From assembly GCF_009914755.1 (NCBI RefSeq), contig NC_060925.1: a stretch of DNA of 64,000 bases. One strand, given 5' to 3'. A program made the position numbers and the translations under genes. Shown in pieces: positions 1 to 11,300 of this stretch (positions are counted from its first letter, which is position 1; every line of letters starts with the position of its first letter). This DNA comes from the human T2T-CHM13v2.0 reference genome, Homo sapiens. Under the pieces are notes generated by a model that had not been told where the DNA came from, did not search any database, and saw only the letters and a program-made list of their open reading frames with translations.

Positions 1-499
1 CATCTTTCACAAACTTCCAGGTAGCCTTTTGCGACATGACAGGATGCATCAATGAACAGCATTATAAACAACATTTTGCTTGCATGGAAATATTAACCAT
101 GCTCCACCTTGAAGAACAAAGGTTATTTATGAAAGTAGTGGTGACTAAGAAAATCAACTATTATAAAATTACTAAATTTTAAAAATAGATTAAAATACAC
201 CTGTTTTATTCTGATTACATGCTGTCTAAGCAATTAATCTTAAAAACAAAGAAACTACATTAGCTAACTGGGTTATAGTAGAATGATTTTTTCAGCGACC
301 TTAAATTTATCTCCTTCATACCAATTTCTTTTGCTGTTTTTAAATGATCTTTGTAATTTCATTTCTGATTATGAAACTGGCACGTATTTACCATATAGAA
401 AATGTAGGAGATCACAGAAGAAAAAATACTCATGATTTCACTGTCCAGAGACTTAAGTGTATAAGTTGAGTATCCCTAATCTGAAAATCTGAAACACAA

Positions 500-1600
500 T
501 TTATTGTTAAGTACTGACCTCATGTCCTGTAACCCTGATGAATTTATTAATTCTAGTAGTATTTTAGTACGTTCCTTGAGGTTTTCTACATATAAGAACA
601 TAACATCTGCAAATAAAGGTAGTTTAACTTATTCTGTTCCAATCTGGATACCTTTTATTTCATTCTCTTACCTAATTGTCCTGGCTACTATCTCCAGTAC
701 AACATTGAATACAAGTGGTGAGAGTGGACATCTTTGTATTATTCCTAATCTAAAGGTGAAAGCATTCAGTCTGTCACCACTAAACATGATGTTAGCTGAA
801 GTTTTCTCACAGATGTCCTCTAACAGGTTGAGGAAGTTCCCTTCTATTCCTTGTTTGTTGAAAGAATACTGAATTTTGCCATATGCCTTTCCCATGTCTA
901 TTGAGATTATCACATTAGTTTTGGTTTATTTTCTACTGATGCTACCTTAATTGGTTTTCAGATGTTAAACTAACCTTCTATCCCTGGGATAAATCCCACT
1001 TGGTCATGATGTATAATTTTTGCAGATGTTACCAGATTCAGTTTGCTAATATTTTGTTGAGGATTTTGTGTCCGTATTTAAAGACGATACTCATTTGTAG
1101 TTTTCTTGTGATGTCTTTGGTTTCAGTGTTGGAGTAATACTGGCCTCGTAGAATAAGCTGGGAAGTGTTCTCTCCTGTATTTTTGGAAGAGTTTGTGAAA
1201 AGTTGTTATCAACTCTTCTTTAGATATTTGGTAGGATTTAGCAGTGAATCCGTCTGGGCCCAGGCTTTTGTTGGCATGTAGTTTTTTTGATTGCTAATTC
1301 AATCTCTTTAGTTTTAGAAGTCTATTCAGATGTCAGTTTTGATTGCTTGTGCTTTTTTTCAGTATTTAAAAACTATTGCAAACTTCTAGTTTGTAATGGT
1401 TCTGATAAGAAATTGAATGTCATCCTTACATTTACTCCTCTGTGTGTAATGTGTTTTTTCTCCTTTTATTCCTCTTAGGATTTTCTGTTCATCACTGGTT
1501 TTGATCAATTTGAGTATGGTGTTCCTTGGTGTAGTTTTCTTCATGTTTCTTGTCCTTAGGATACACTATTTTTCTGGGATATTTGGGGTTTATGGTTTTC
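500..1600 (-). mobile_element. Old L1 (L1M) fragments, ORF2 RT region
   Basis: Minus ORF 668-913 MIISID..KA..KIQ...CPLSPLVFNVVLEIVARTIR is L1 ORF2-like. Confidence 0.8.
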
Positions 1601-1601
1601 A

Positions 1602-2032
1602 TTGCCCATCAATGATAGACTGGATAAAGAAAATGTGGTACATATACATCATGGAATACTATGCAGCCATAAAAAGGAACGAGATCATGTCTTTTGCAGG
1701 GACACAGTTGAAGTTAGAAGCCATTATCCTCAGCAAACTAATGCAGGAACAGAAAACCGAACACCACATGTTCTCACTTATAAGTGGTAGCTGAATGATG
1801 ATATCACATGGACACATGGGAGGAACAACACACACTGGCCCCAGCCTGTCAGAAGTGAGGGATGGGGGAGGGGGGAGGGAGAGCATTGGGAATAGTAGCT
1901 AATAGATGTTGGGCTTAACACTTAAGTGATGAGATGATCTGTGCAGCAAACCACATGGCACATGTTCATCTATGTAACACACCTGCACATCCTCCACATG
2001 TACCCCTGAACTTAAAAGTTGAAGGAAAAAAC
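1602..2032 (+). mobile_element. L1PA (older primate) 3' end fragment
   Basis: [36 protein letters not shown]2 C-terminus, G-rich 3' UTR, short A tail. Confidence 0.85.
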
Positions 2033-2039
2033 TAAACAA

Positions 2040-2348
2040 CGATTTTAAAAATCCACTTAAACCTCCATACATGCACAACAATTAAATCAAAATTAATTAC
2101 AGAACTAAATGTAAACTGCAAAACTAGAGAACTTACAGTAGAAAGCATAAGAGAAAATCTTCATGATGTGGAGTTAAGCTAAGTATTCTTAGTTATCACA
2201 TCAACAAAACTATTAAAGAAAACATTGGTAAATTCAACTTTATACAAATTAAAAATTCTTGGTCAGCACAGGACACTATTCATAGAATAAAAAGACATCC
2301 TACAGATTGAGAGAAGAATGTGGAAATCAGTAATATGACAAAGAACTT
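2040..2348 (+). mobile_element. L1M ORF2 fragment
   Basis: ctaaatgtaaactgcaaaacta...gagaaaatcttcatga, typical L1M. Confidence 0.65.
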
Positions 2349-2625
2349 GTGTGATGGTTTTGTGTCACTGTGACTGAGCCCCAGGGTGCCAGGACATTCG
2401 TTCCTATGTTATTCTGTGTTTGTACTGGAGGTGGGTTCTGGATGACATTAACACAGGAATAGGCAGTCTACGTGAAGCAGATTGCCCTCCCTAAGGTGAG
2501 TGGGCCCCAACCAATCAACCAAAGGCCAGAGGAGAAGTAAAAGGCCTAATAAGAAGGAAATACTTTCCTGGGTATCCCTCTTTCCATCTTGGGAATTTCA
2601 GCCTCCAGAATCTCATGTCTAAACT
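2349..2625 (+). mobile_element. MLT2-type (ERVL) LTR fragment
   Basis: tgtgatggtt...tgtca.tgactg...gcagattgccctccctaa.gtgagtgggcc. Confidence 0.65.
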
Positions 2626-2629
2626 GTGC

Positions 2630-2708
2630 GTATATACACACACACATATATGCCATATACATATACATACATATATATTAATATATACATATAGACACAC
2701 ACACACAC
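2630..2708. repeat. (CA)/(TA) compound microsatellite
   Basis: Visible directly. Confidence 0.8.
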
Positions 2709-4020
2709 TTCATAGGTAGGTAGGAAGGATTGGATTTTGTAAAGCTCAGCCATTCGATGATAATTGTTGAAGCTGGCCAGTGATTATGAGGATGTTCTAG
2801 TATAGGGTTCTGTCTCCTTTTTTATACTGCTGAGGTTCTGCATTTGAAGAAGTAGGTTAGAATAATAGCTGAATTTCTCCACATACACTTCAAAGCCCTA
2901 GGGATTAACACAGAGTCCAAAATACTACCCATAATCCTGCCCCCAACCAGGGCTAGGGAACACTGGGGACCCCAAGTGATTTTATTTAGCCAGGTCTGGG
3001 AGCCACATAACAGCACAGGGAGCAGGAAACACCATGCAAATAGAGGCCAGCACAGCAGCGAGGGCCTGTTAATGACAAAACACAGGTAAAACCTTTCTCA
3101 GAAAGCGAGTGTGGAGAAACACAGATCAGGCCTGAGACCTGGTGGGTCAGAACCCTGCTACTGGGGAATTGAAAGGCAGGGGCTTCACAGTGCAGAGGAC
3201 CAGAGGGGCCAATCTTCAAAGGGCAGAATCGCTGGGAGACGGGGAGGCCTGGACAAAGGGAGCATCCTCTGGAGACTTGTGGTGAAGAGAATGAATGAAG
3301 TAACTGGCAGAAATTAAAGGTCCTGGTTGAACAAAATAGAACCCCAGACTGAGAGCACACAGGCCTGTCCCCCAAAGCCAGACAATATTTCCTAAAATCC
3401 CAAGCAAAAGTCATTTTTGGCAAGTACCTTATATCCAGTGATGCAATCCATGTATCAAGACATTGGGAAAAGTTTATGATTAAGTAGGTAAAACTCAGCG
3501 AGACCTGATTCCCTCATGAGGACTCTGTTAAGGATAAATTCCACTCAACAAGTGATGCTTAGGACACACTTTTGAACAGCTCATGTGCATCAACATATTT
3601 AAATGTAGATCTCAACCAAAAACCAAGGTGTCACATAGGCTGTCACTTTATGTTTGGGTTAAAATAAAAAATAAGAAATGGTAGGTAATGAGGTTAGAGA
3701 AGAGGAAAATGATGTCTTTGATTGTCATAGTGGTAAAAATTTGACATTCAAAGAAATAATTTAAAATGTATAAACCAAACAGTGGAAATGTGTCAAGTTA
3801 AAAGGGGATTAGTGACGTTAAAACCTTTTCAGTGCAATGTTAAATGGGAGCTATACAACTCTTCCTAAATAACAAACAAAAAGCACGCACACTTACACAA
3901 ACACAAAAAGAAAACAAATAACATCAACAAAGAAATACAGGAAATACAATCTACCACATACGGTAAACGTAGACTAGAACATGGAAGAGTTTTGAATATA
4001 AACAAGGAAATAAGAATGTT

Positions 4021-4026
4021 TTTATT
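4021..4026 (-). terminator. Candidate polyadenylation signal AATAAA for NBPF4
   Basis: tttatt on the plus strand about 1.3 kb downstream of the stop; T-rich tract further downstream on the minus strand. Confidence 0.35.
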
Positions 4027-4167
4027 AATCTAAATTCTTATCCGCCAAAATCAATCATAATAATAAAAGCTTAAAACATTATATGTAAAAAATCCAATAG
4101 TCCAGAGTGAGAGGCAAGAAATGTTTTAATTAAACAGATTTAAAACTTAAAATTTTAACTGATGGAC

Positions 4168-4316
4168 TAAAATTAATTTTGGATGAAAGTTATAATTGGG
4201 GCAGAGAATATTCTTTTTCACAACAGAATGCCAGCAAAAAGAAATTAAAATTAATTTTGGATGAAAGTTAAAATTTGGGCAGGGAATGATCTTTTTTACG
4301 AAGAATGCCAGCAAAA
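4168..4316. repeat. Diverged 78-bp tandem duplication
   Basis: taaaattaattttggatgaaagtta...agaatgccagcaaaa at 4168 and 4246. Confidence 0.8.
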
Positions 4317-5348
4317 GCAAGTATAAGGTAAGATTTTGAGATAGACAATTTTCAATGTACAAACTTAAATATAATAACTGACACAGACGGGGTGATTAAT
4401 TGGTGATAAAATGTTCTGAAGAAGATCACTAGAATACAGGATATTTATACTATTTCAAACCACTTTCCAAATTACTTACAAATAAGATGTCTTTACAAGG
4501 GACAGAGCTCCTAGACCCCTCCTTAACCAAGTGACCATCCTAGTATCACCGCACTGGGGATGGACACACTGGGCCTTCTCTGCCTGCAGATGGGCTGAGG
4601 TAGGAAGCTCACAGCATGGACTCTGCAGAGTTCCTGGCAAAATGTTTAGGCTGAATTTAATCATGACGACATTTTCAGATAACTTCAGAATGTAGACCAT
4701 TGAGCCAGACAGCTGACCTGTCCTCCACAAACAAGTCCATGTCACCACCATCAATGACAACAACAAAAAGATGAGGAGATGTTTTGGGTTCAAAATGACT
4801 AAAAAAGCATAAGCTGCATAGGCTTTTTACTCTTTTTGAACTCAAAATGTCTCTTCTCCTTTTTGTTGTGTTCTTGGTGGTGACATGGACTGTTTGAAGG
4901 AGACAGGTCAGTTGTCCTGTTCAATGTTCTACATTCTGCAGTTATCTGAGGGTTACCGCCTATGAAACTCAGGCTAAGCGTTTTCAGCAAGAACATGGCA
5001 TTGCTCATACTCTGCCCTGGCAGAGTCCCGGCTGACATGCTGTCTCCTGCCAGCAGCTGCGGACTCCTGTTCTCTACACGATGGGAATTGAGAAACAGGG
5101 CTAACGCCGGTCAATGCTATTTGTCCATCTGGGCATTGGTCTCCCTAGGTATTGGTCACAATTGGAGGGGGATGGAATGTGGCTTCTCAAATCAAAGGAG
5201 CATAGTGGCTTGAAGTCATCAAGAGTATTCTGTGTCTGAAATTCAATCCTCAGTGAAGGACCCCTGCAGTATTGTGTTTGGACTTAAACTTGCTTTGCTG
5301 TTTTAGTTGTTTTTATCAAGTGGAAAAGCTGCTTTTTGTGACATTCTT

Positions 5349-5390
5349 TCATCCTGCCATCCTTTGCGTCCTTCCAGCAGTATTTGGTAT
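5349..5390 (-). CDS. NBPF4: NBPF4 last coding exon (stop), continuing into 3' UTR
   Basis: Long pyrimidine tract then ccctacag|ATA CCA AAT ACT GCT GGA AGG ACG CAA AGG ATG GCA GGA TGA. Confidence 0.88.
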   Translation of the reverse strand: MPNTAGRTQRMAG

Positions 5391-8300
5391 CTGTAGGGGA
5401 GAGAGAGAAAAAAAATCAAATGAGCATTTTTGTCAGGTCCACCTGGTGGCTGAGTCTGGAGGGATTGCTAAGCAGTGATATCTCACTGGGATCTCCTGCT
5501 GGGAGGATGAGCTGAAGGGTGAGTCCTGGGCTGTCAGAAGGGGGAAGCACCATCCACAAGTGAGAAGAAAACACTCCTGAACTTCCAGTCAGCCTGGGGT
5601 GCAGGATATAAGGACCCCACCTATGCCCAACCAGCAGTGGGCAACATCATCCCCTTTCCTCCTGATCCCCTCTGTCTGGAGCAGAGTGATGGCTTTTCCT
5701 CCCAGTGAGCATGTACTCAGCATCAATCATGCATGCCAAGAAACAGAGGGGAGCAGAAGGACAGGAGCCTCTGCAGAGAAACCCACCCCCTTACAACTCC
5801 ATGTCCTAGTCTTCTAGGGAGGAGCGGGAGGGCCATGGGAAGAACCCTGGATATGAGAAGCAGCAGAAACCTCAGACAACATCCACGTCCAGGTCCACAT
5901 TTTACAACAGAGGAGTAGTGATGCCACAGGGGTAAGATGGAACTAAGGCCACATGACTTGCTATTGACAACCCAGGAATTAGAATCCACCCACTAAGGCC
6001 TTTCAATAAAGATTGGAGAAAGCGAGAGGAAAGGCTCCAATCTGGAGGTCTCAACAGTCATGAGTGGTGGTTGGGTCACCTTGGCTAGGACAGGAATAAG
6101 GTTTTACAGATAAATATGATGGTGCTGCTGTTTCTTTGGTTGGTTAAAAAAAATAAAAAATATATATAATTATAAGTTTTTGTCCAAAGGTCATCAGGAA
6201 AGAAAGGGAGTTTAAAAAAAGAGACTCAAAATGGAGTTAGCAAAGTGAGAAAAGGGACTGTAACCATGGCCCAACTTATTTTCCCTAATGCCCTGAAGTT
6301 GATTCCACATCCGGTTCCACCTTAAGGCATTTCTAGAAATATTCTCAATATCTAGACCAAGAAAACTCTGAAGTACAAAGTGAAAAGGATTAGTTTGTGT
6401 TTTACTACAGTCTCCCGTCCCGCTTATTGTTTTCCCCAAGTACATTATGAGAAAGGTTTCTTTTTAATATTTTATGCCAGTGTGAAGAGAGGCATGAAGA
6501 AGTATTCATATACAATCTCGTGCAGCATTTCAGTCTTAATTTGTTATTGTATGCTCTTCAGGACAGGGGGACCAATGAGTTCTCTTTGGGGATTTTGCAG
6601 AAGGACAATAATTGACCAAAAGTAAAATTTTCACATTGCAGTGGTGAGACCATTGGTGGGCTATAAAATGGGTGTGGGGAAATGTAAACTGGAAGTTTTA
6701 TTTTAAAATGCAAAAGAAAATACTAAATTCCACTATATGTAATATGGCAGGTATTATTTCCGTACATTAGGTGTTAATATCATGACTATTTCTTACTTAT
6801 CTTGTATTCAAAATTCAGCAAGTGTGCTTCAAGCAGAGGCTAAAAGTCTAATCTATTAATTTTCTTGTTTTTCTTCTTGATTTTTTTCTATGCTATACGA
6901 AGAGTACTATTGAGAGGGGAATACAGATCCCATCAAAGTCTGATAGAGGCTCAGCCTTTTCTGTGGAGTAGCCACACATATGTGGCACTTCCATGTTGGT
7001 AACCTGAGGTCATAGTAGACCAGGGGTCCTTCTCGTCTTTAGCCACATATTAGAATCACATGGGAGCATTTTGAAACTACAGATGCTCAGACCACACCCC
7101 AGGCCATGTAAGTGAGCATCTCTAAGTGTAAGTTGAAGGCATTCATCTTAATTGAAATCTCACCGGGTGCTTATTACATGGCAGCAGGATTTAGAGATAC
7201 TAAATGGACCAGCCCAATTTCCCATCATTTTCTTTCCTTTCCCCGTTTATCTCATGACTGGCTTTGTTCCCAGTGGTTCCATGGATTTTAGCCTTCTCTC
7301 TGACAATTTCAGTTAAATCTCTGTCTTATCAATTGGGCTGCACCGAAGCAAAGACTGTCCTGTAGACAGATTCCTGTCATCTAGTGTATGCATAAAGCTG
7401 GTCCTGGAGTCACTTTTCTCAAAGTTAATTCATAAAATGCTCTCTCATATACAATGGCCTCAAGATTCATCTGACTTGCATTTTAGACCCTTAACTGGAC
7501 TTGAAAAGTGGAAATGAGAATAAAAAGGAGAGAGGTTAGAATGACGTACCTCATGATGTATGCAGTTTTCAAGTCCTGCCCTCTGCATGTACTTTTGGAG
7601 TGATGTCCCTTTAGAATGTCATAAATGTTCCCCAGTTAACATCAGCTCAAGTGAGTCCATGAGGTGAGAACACTGAGACCCTGGCAACTCCATCCACGTT
7701 GGCACTAAGCTGCACATCTGGGGCTAAAGACAAACCTGACTCCAGGCCAGTAGGGAACTCCCACCTGTGACCCTGGTTCTAGTTTAGTTTCCTAGGGGGG
7801 CTCTTAGTGCTTAGTTTTAACACTTCTCATTCAGAGGAACAAGTGATGATTAAGAGTTGAATTAGTTGTGTTGCTCAAAAGAAGACTCAAGAGGAAAATC
7901 TTCATGTAAATGATGTATTAAAGCAATGACTTCTGCAGAAAGAGGCAATGGAGTTGGGGATGCAGCAAGGAAAGGTAAATTTCCCAAAGGAGTGTGTGAT
8001 TCCGGGCAAACAACCCTGTGTTCAGCAGCTTAAACTATGTACTTGGATGGGGACAAGGAGGCCTGGCTCTCCTGTGGCCATGAGAGGGACTCTCAAGACA
8101 GCAGAAAAAGGAATAGAGCAGAGTTCAGAGAGTAAAGAGGAGATGGGTAGAGAAAGGGCCAGTCAGGGTGGGAGCCCATGGGACACAGAGCTAAGACCAG
8201 ACAGAGGTTAGAGCAGCTGTTGGAGAGAACAAATGGGAGAGAAAAAGCAGTGAGAGAATGAGCTGTCACCATAGACAGAGAAATAAGAAGTGAGTGCAGC

Positions 8301-11300
8301 TATCAGCCATAGATGTGATTACCTCTGCACTCTCAGCATGCGGGCCAGCGAATCTGAATGCCAGTCTCCACTTGCTGAATGGGAGTCTTCTTCTGATGGT
8401 CTTCAGTATCAGGACAAGGGAGGCACGAATCCGGCCAGTGACTTGACGCCCTTGTGTGTTGCTTGCTGAGCCTTCAAGTGCATCATCTTCCAGCTGGGGA
8501 GGGTTCTTCATCCCCAGAGAGGGCTCTAAAACCAGCTCTGAAAAGAAAACCACAGCCAATGGGATCCGCTGCCATCCATGATCTTACCGTAACTTTCTCT
8601 TCCACCCAGAGGACATCAAATCAGGAAAGAGGCCTTGGACAAGAAAGTCCAAAGGGCAAGAGGAAGCCGAAAGAGTCACTTTAATACTTTCTTTTTTGTT
8701 GATCTTTCCTACATTACTCAGTAACGACAAGATTGCCAGGATCCAAAGGCACTGCCAAGTCACAAAAATATTCCAGAAACATAGGATTCAGAAACACAAA
8801 TCGCTTCCAGGTAGATAAGGCAAAGGCAAGGAAATAACACTGTATGTAGGCTATGCTTTGGGGAGAGAAGAGATTACAAAAATCAAAGTTAAATCAGAAC
8901 TGGGTTCAAACAGGAGATGGGAATGGAAGGGCCTGGCAGGGTGGCAGCCCATGTGGCACAGAGGTGAGACCAGACATAGGTGACAGCAACTGATGAGAGG
9001 AAAGAACCAGGAAGACTAAACCTAGAGAATTTACAAAAGTTGCATCATTATATGATCTACTGCATATATATATACACCCTATATAGCATACACACCAGAT
9101 ATACATAGTCACACGTAATAGGACAAATGATACACATGCATGTATCTGTACACATTAATTTAAAGAAAAAAAATATAGGGATTTGGGAGGGATTGAATGT
9201 AAGAGTAGAGTCACTATTCTGGTCCATCGAAATTGGAAAAATAATTGGAGACATGAGAAGAATGAGAAAGAATAGGTATGGGAGAAACAAATGACCTGGT
9301 AGACAGCAGGGAGAAATCACCAGGTGAAGGAAAGTGTTAATGAAACGAAAGGCGTTCAGTCTGTCCTCTTACCTGGAGCCTGGTTCAGGCTCTGGACTCC
9401 AGGGAAAGTGAGCAAGAGGGAGTGTGTCTGAGCCAGTGGGGTGAGTCTTGGCTGGGGGTGTGAGAATCCACAGAGAAGCAAAAGAGAGTTCAGTGCTAAG
9501 AAATCAGTCTAAATAAGTTATCATGGCACGTGTCAGGGACTGCACATCCCCCGACACTCCCGGAGCACCTTCCATGTGTCCTCTCCACTGGCCCAGATGG
9601 TGCTCATTATCTCACGCAACCCTCCCTCCCCCTGAGGACAGGGGTTCCCTCATTCCTCAGCTGAGGGCATCGCCTGACAGATGAGCACCAGGCAGCCCCA
9701 GGGGCTCCAGGAGGAGATATTGAGTGGGATGGAGAGTGAGAATGAACACGACCCAGGATTTTAAGGTAATCTGAGCAGAAATGGATCCCTGTGAGACAGA
9801 AACCGAGGACATGGCCACGGACATGAGTGGAGAATGTGAACTAAATGGAATTTCATAAAAGAGACTGATGTGAACACTTTCCATGTGAAAGTTGCCCTTT
9901 TATTTCAAAAAAAGCAGAAAAAACAGCAGAAGCAGCTGGACATGTCAGGAGACTGAGTGTGGGCCCAGGATTTACACTGTTACTCAATGTGCCTCATAGG
10001 TTGTTATTGAAAGTGCCTGACAGGGGAAAATTGGCTTCATGAGGGATGGAGAAGGAGAGGAAGAAAACTGGCAGAGGAGTCTGTGTGAGAAAGGAAAGGA
10101 AGAGGGGTCTTAGAAAGCAGAGATCTTCATAACTGCTCTACCTCAGAGGAGACATCGTCCGTGAAGTCACTTGCTAAGTGTAAATTTAGCAGAAAGATAA
10201 AAGGATTAGATAACACCTACTCATAGGTTTATTGGGCAATTCTTATGGAATCAGGCCCTTTGGAAATTATGATTGCAGGTAGATATTATTCTTCAGGTAT
10301 CTTAGATGAGGGAACAGAGATATAAAGAGCAAAAAGACAAAAACCTTGGCCAAAGTCAACAAGCAGAAAGGGGCAAACCCAGGTCCTGAGAGCAGATTCG
10401 GTCCTAAGCTCCAGGCCTTTGCTCACCTCACTGGGTTGGAGCATCATGGATTTCAACTTGACCCTGAGGAAGCATGGGAGGCCCCATTCTCTCCTCCACC
10501 CACAGCACCGTCGTGACCACCAACACCTGGATTAGAGCTTCATGATGCCGTTTCCTTCCCTACCTTGGAAGGGCCATTGGTTCCCAGAATCAGCATTGGC
10601 TGAGAAGCTGCAGGTGGTGGAGGAAAGGCCCCGCTGGGCCAAGCCGTTCCCACAGTGGAACCCTTGATCCAGCTGTAGTCGCAGACAACTGGGCACCAGG
10701 GTGCTTGGTTCCAGCTGTGCCTGTGAAACTTGCACCTCTGACTGGTGGTGGCTCAAGTCTCCACTCCAAGTCCCTTGGGGACAGGCCGCCTCGGTGGGGG
10801 CTGAAAGGAGAAGGGGCTTCAGTAGGAACAATCTCAGTTTTCCCTTTGTTAAGTCATCCCAGAACACCCATCCCTGATGTCCCTGCTCTCAGTAAAGCCA
10901 CCCAGTGACCCACGCCACACAGACAGACATCATGTAAATGCAGGTGACGTCACCTCTCCTGCCTGTGCCTGGGGACGCTGACACGGTAGGGGCCCAGGCT
11001 GGGGTGTCCCTGAGGTGAAAAACCTCTGCTTCAGCCCAGAGGGCTTTGGATTGTCTAACAAGACCATCCCGATTATTCTGTTACTATTCATCTCTTTCCT
11101 GTGCCCAGAGGGAAAGTTCTAGAGAGGCCTCAGAGCACAGGAGAGGAATGGTTATTTTTCTCCACACACAGGGGTGTAAGAACGGGTCAAGGGTTAGAGC
11201 TGCGAGGCTTTGAGAAAGAACCACGAAAAAGGGGGCTGGGATGCTACAGACCAAACGCTAAGTGAGGCAAACTTTTCTGGGTTCGGGGACATTTTGAATT

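Noticed and set aside
461-496. Tigger-like terminal sequence agttgagtatccctaatctgaaaatctgaaa
   Set aside because: Too short to annotate confidently; no partner TIR seen.
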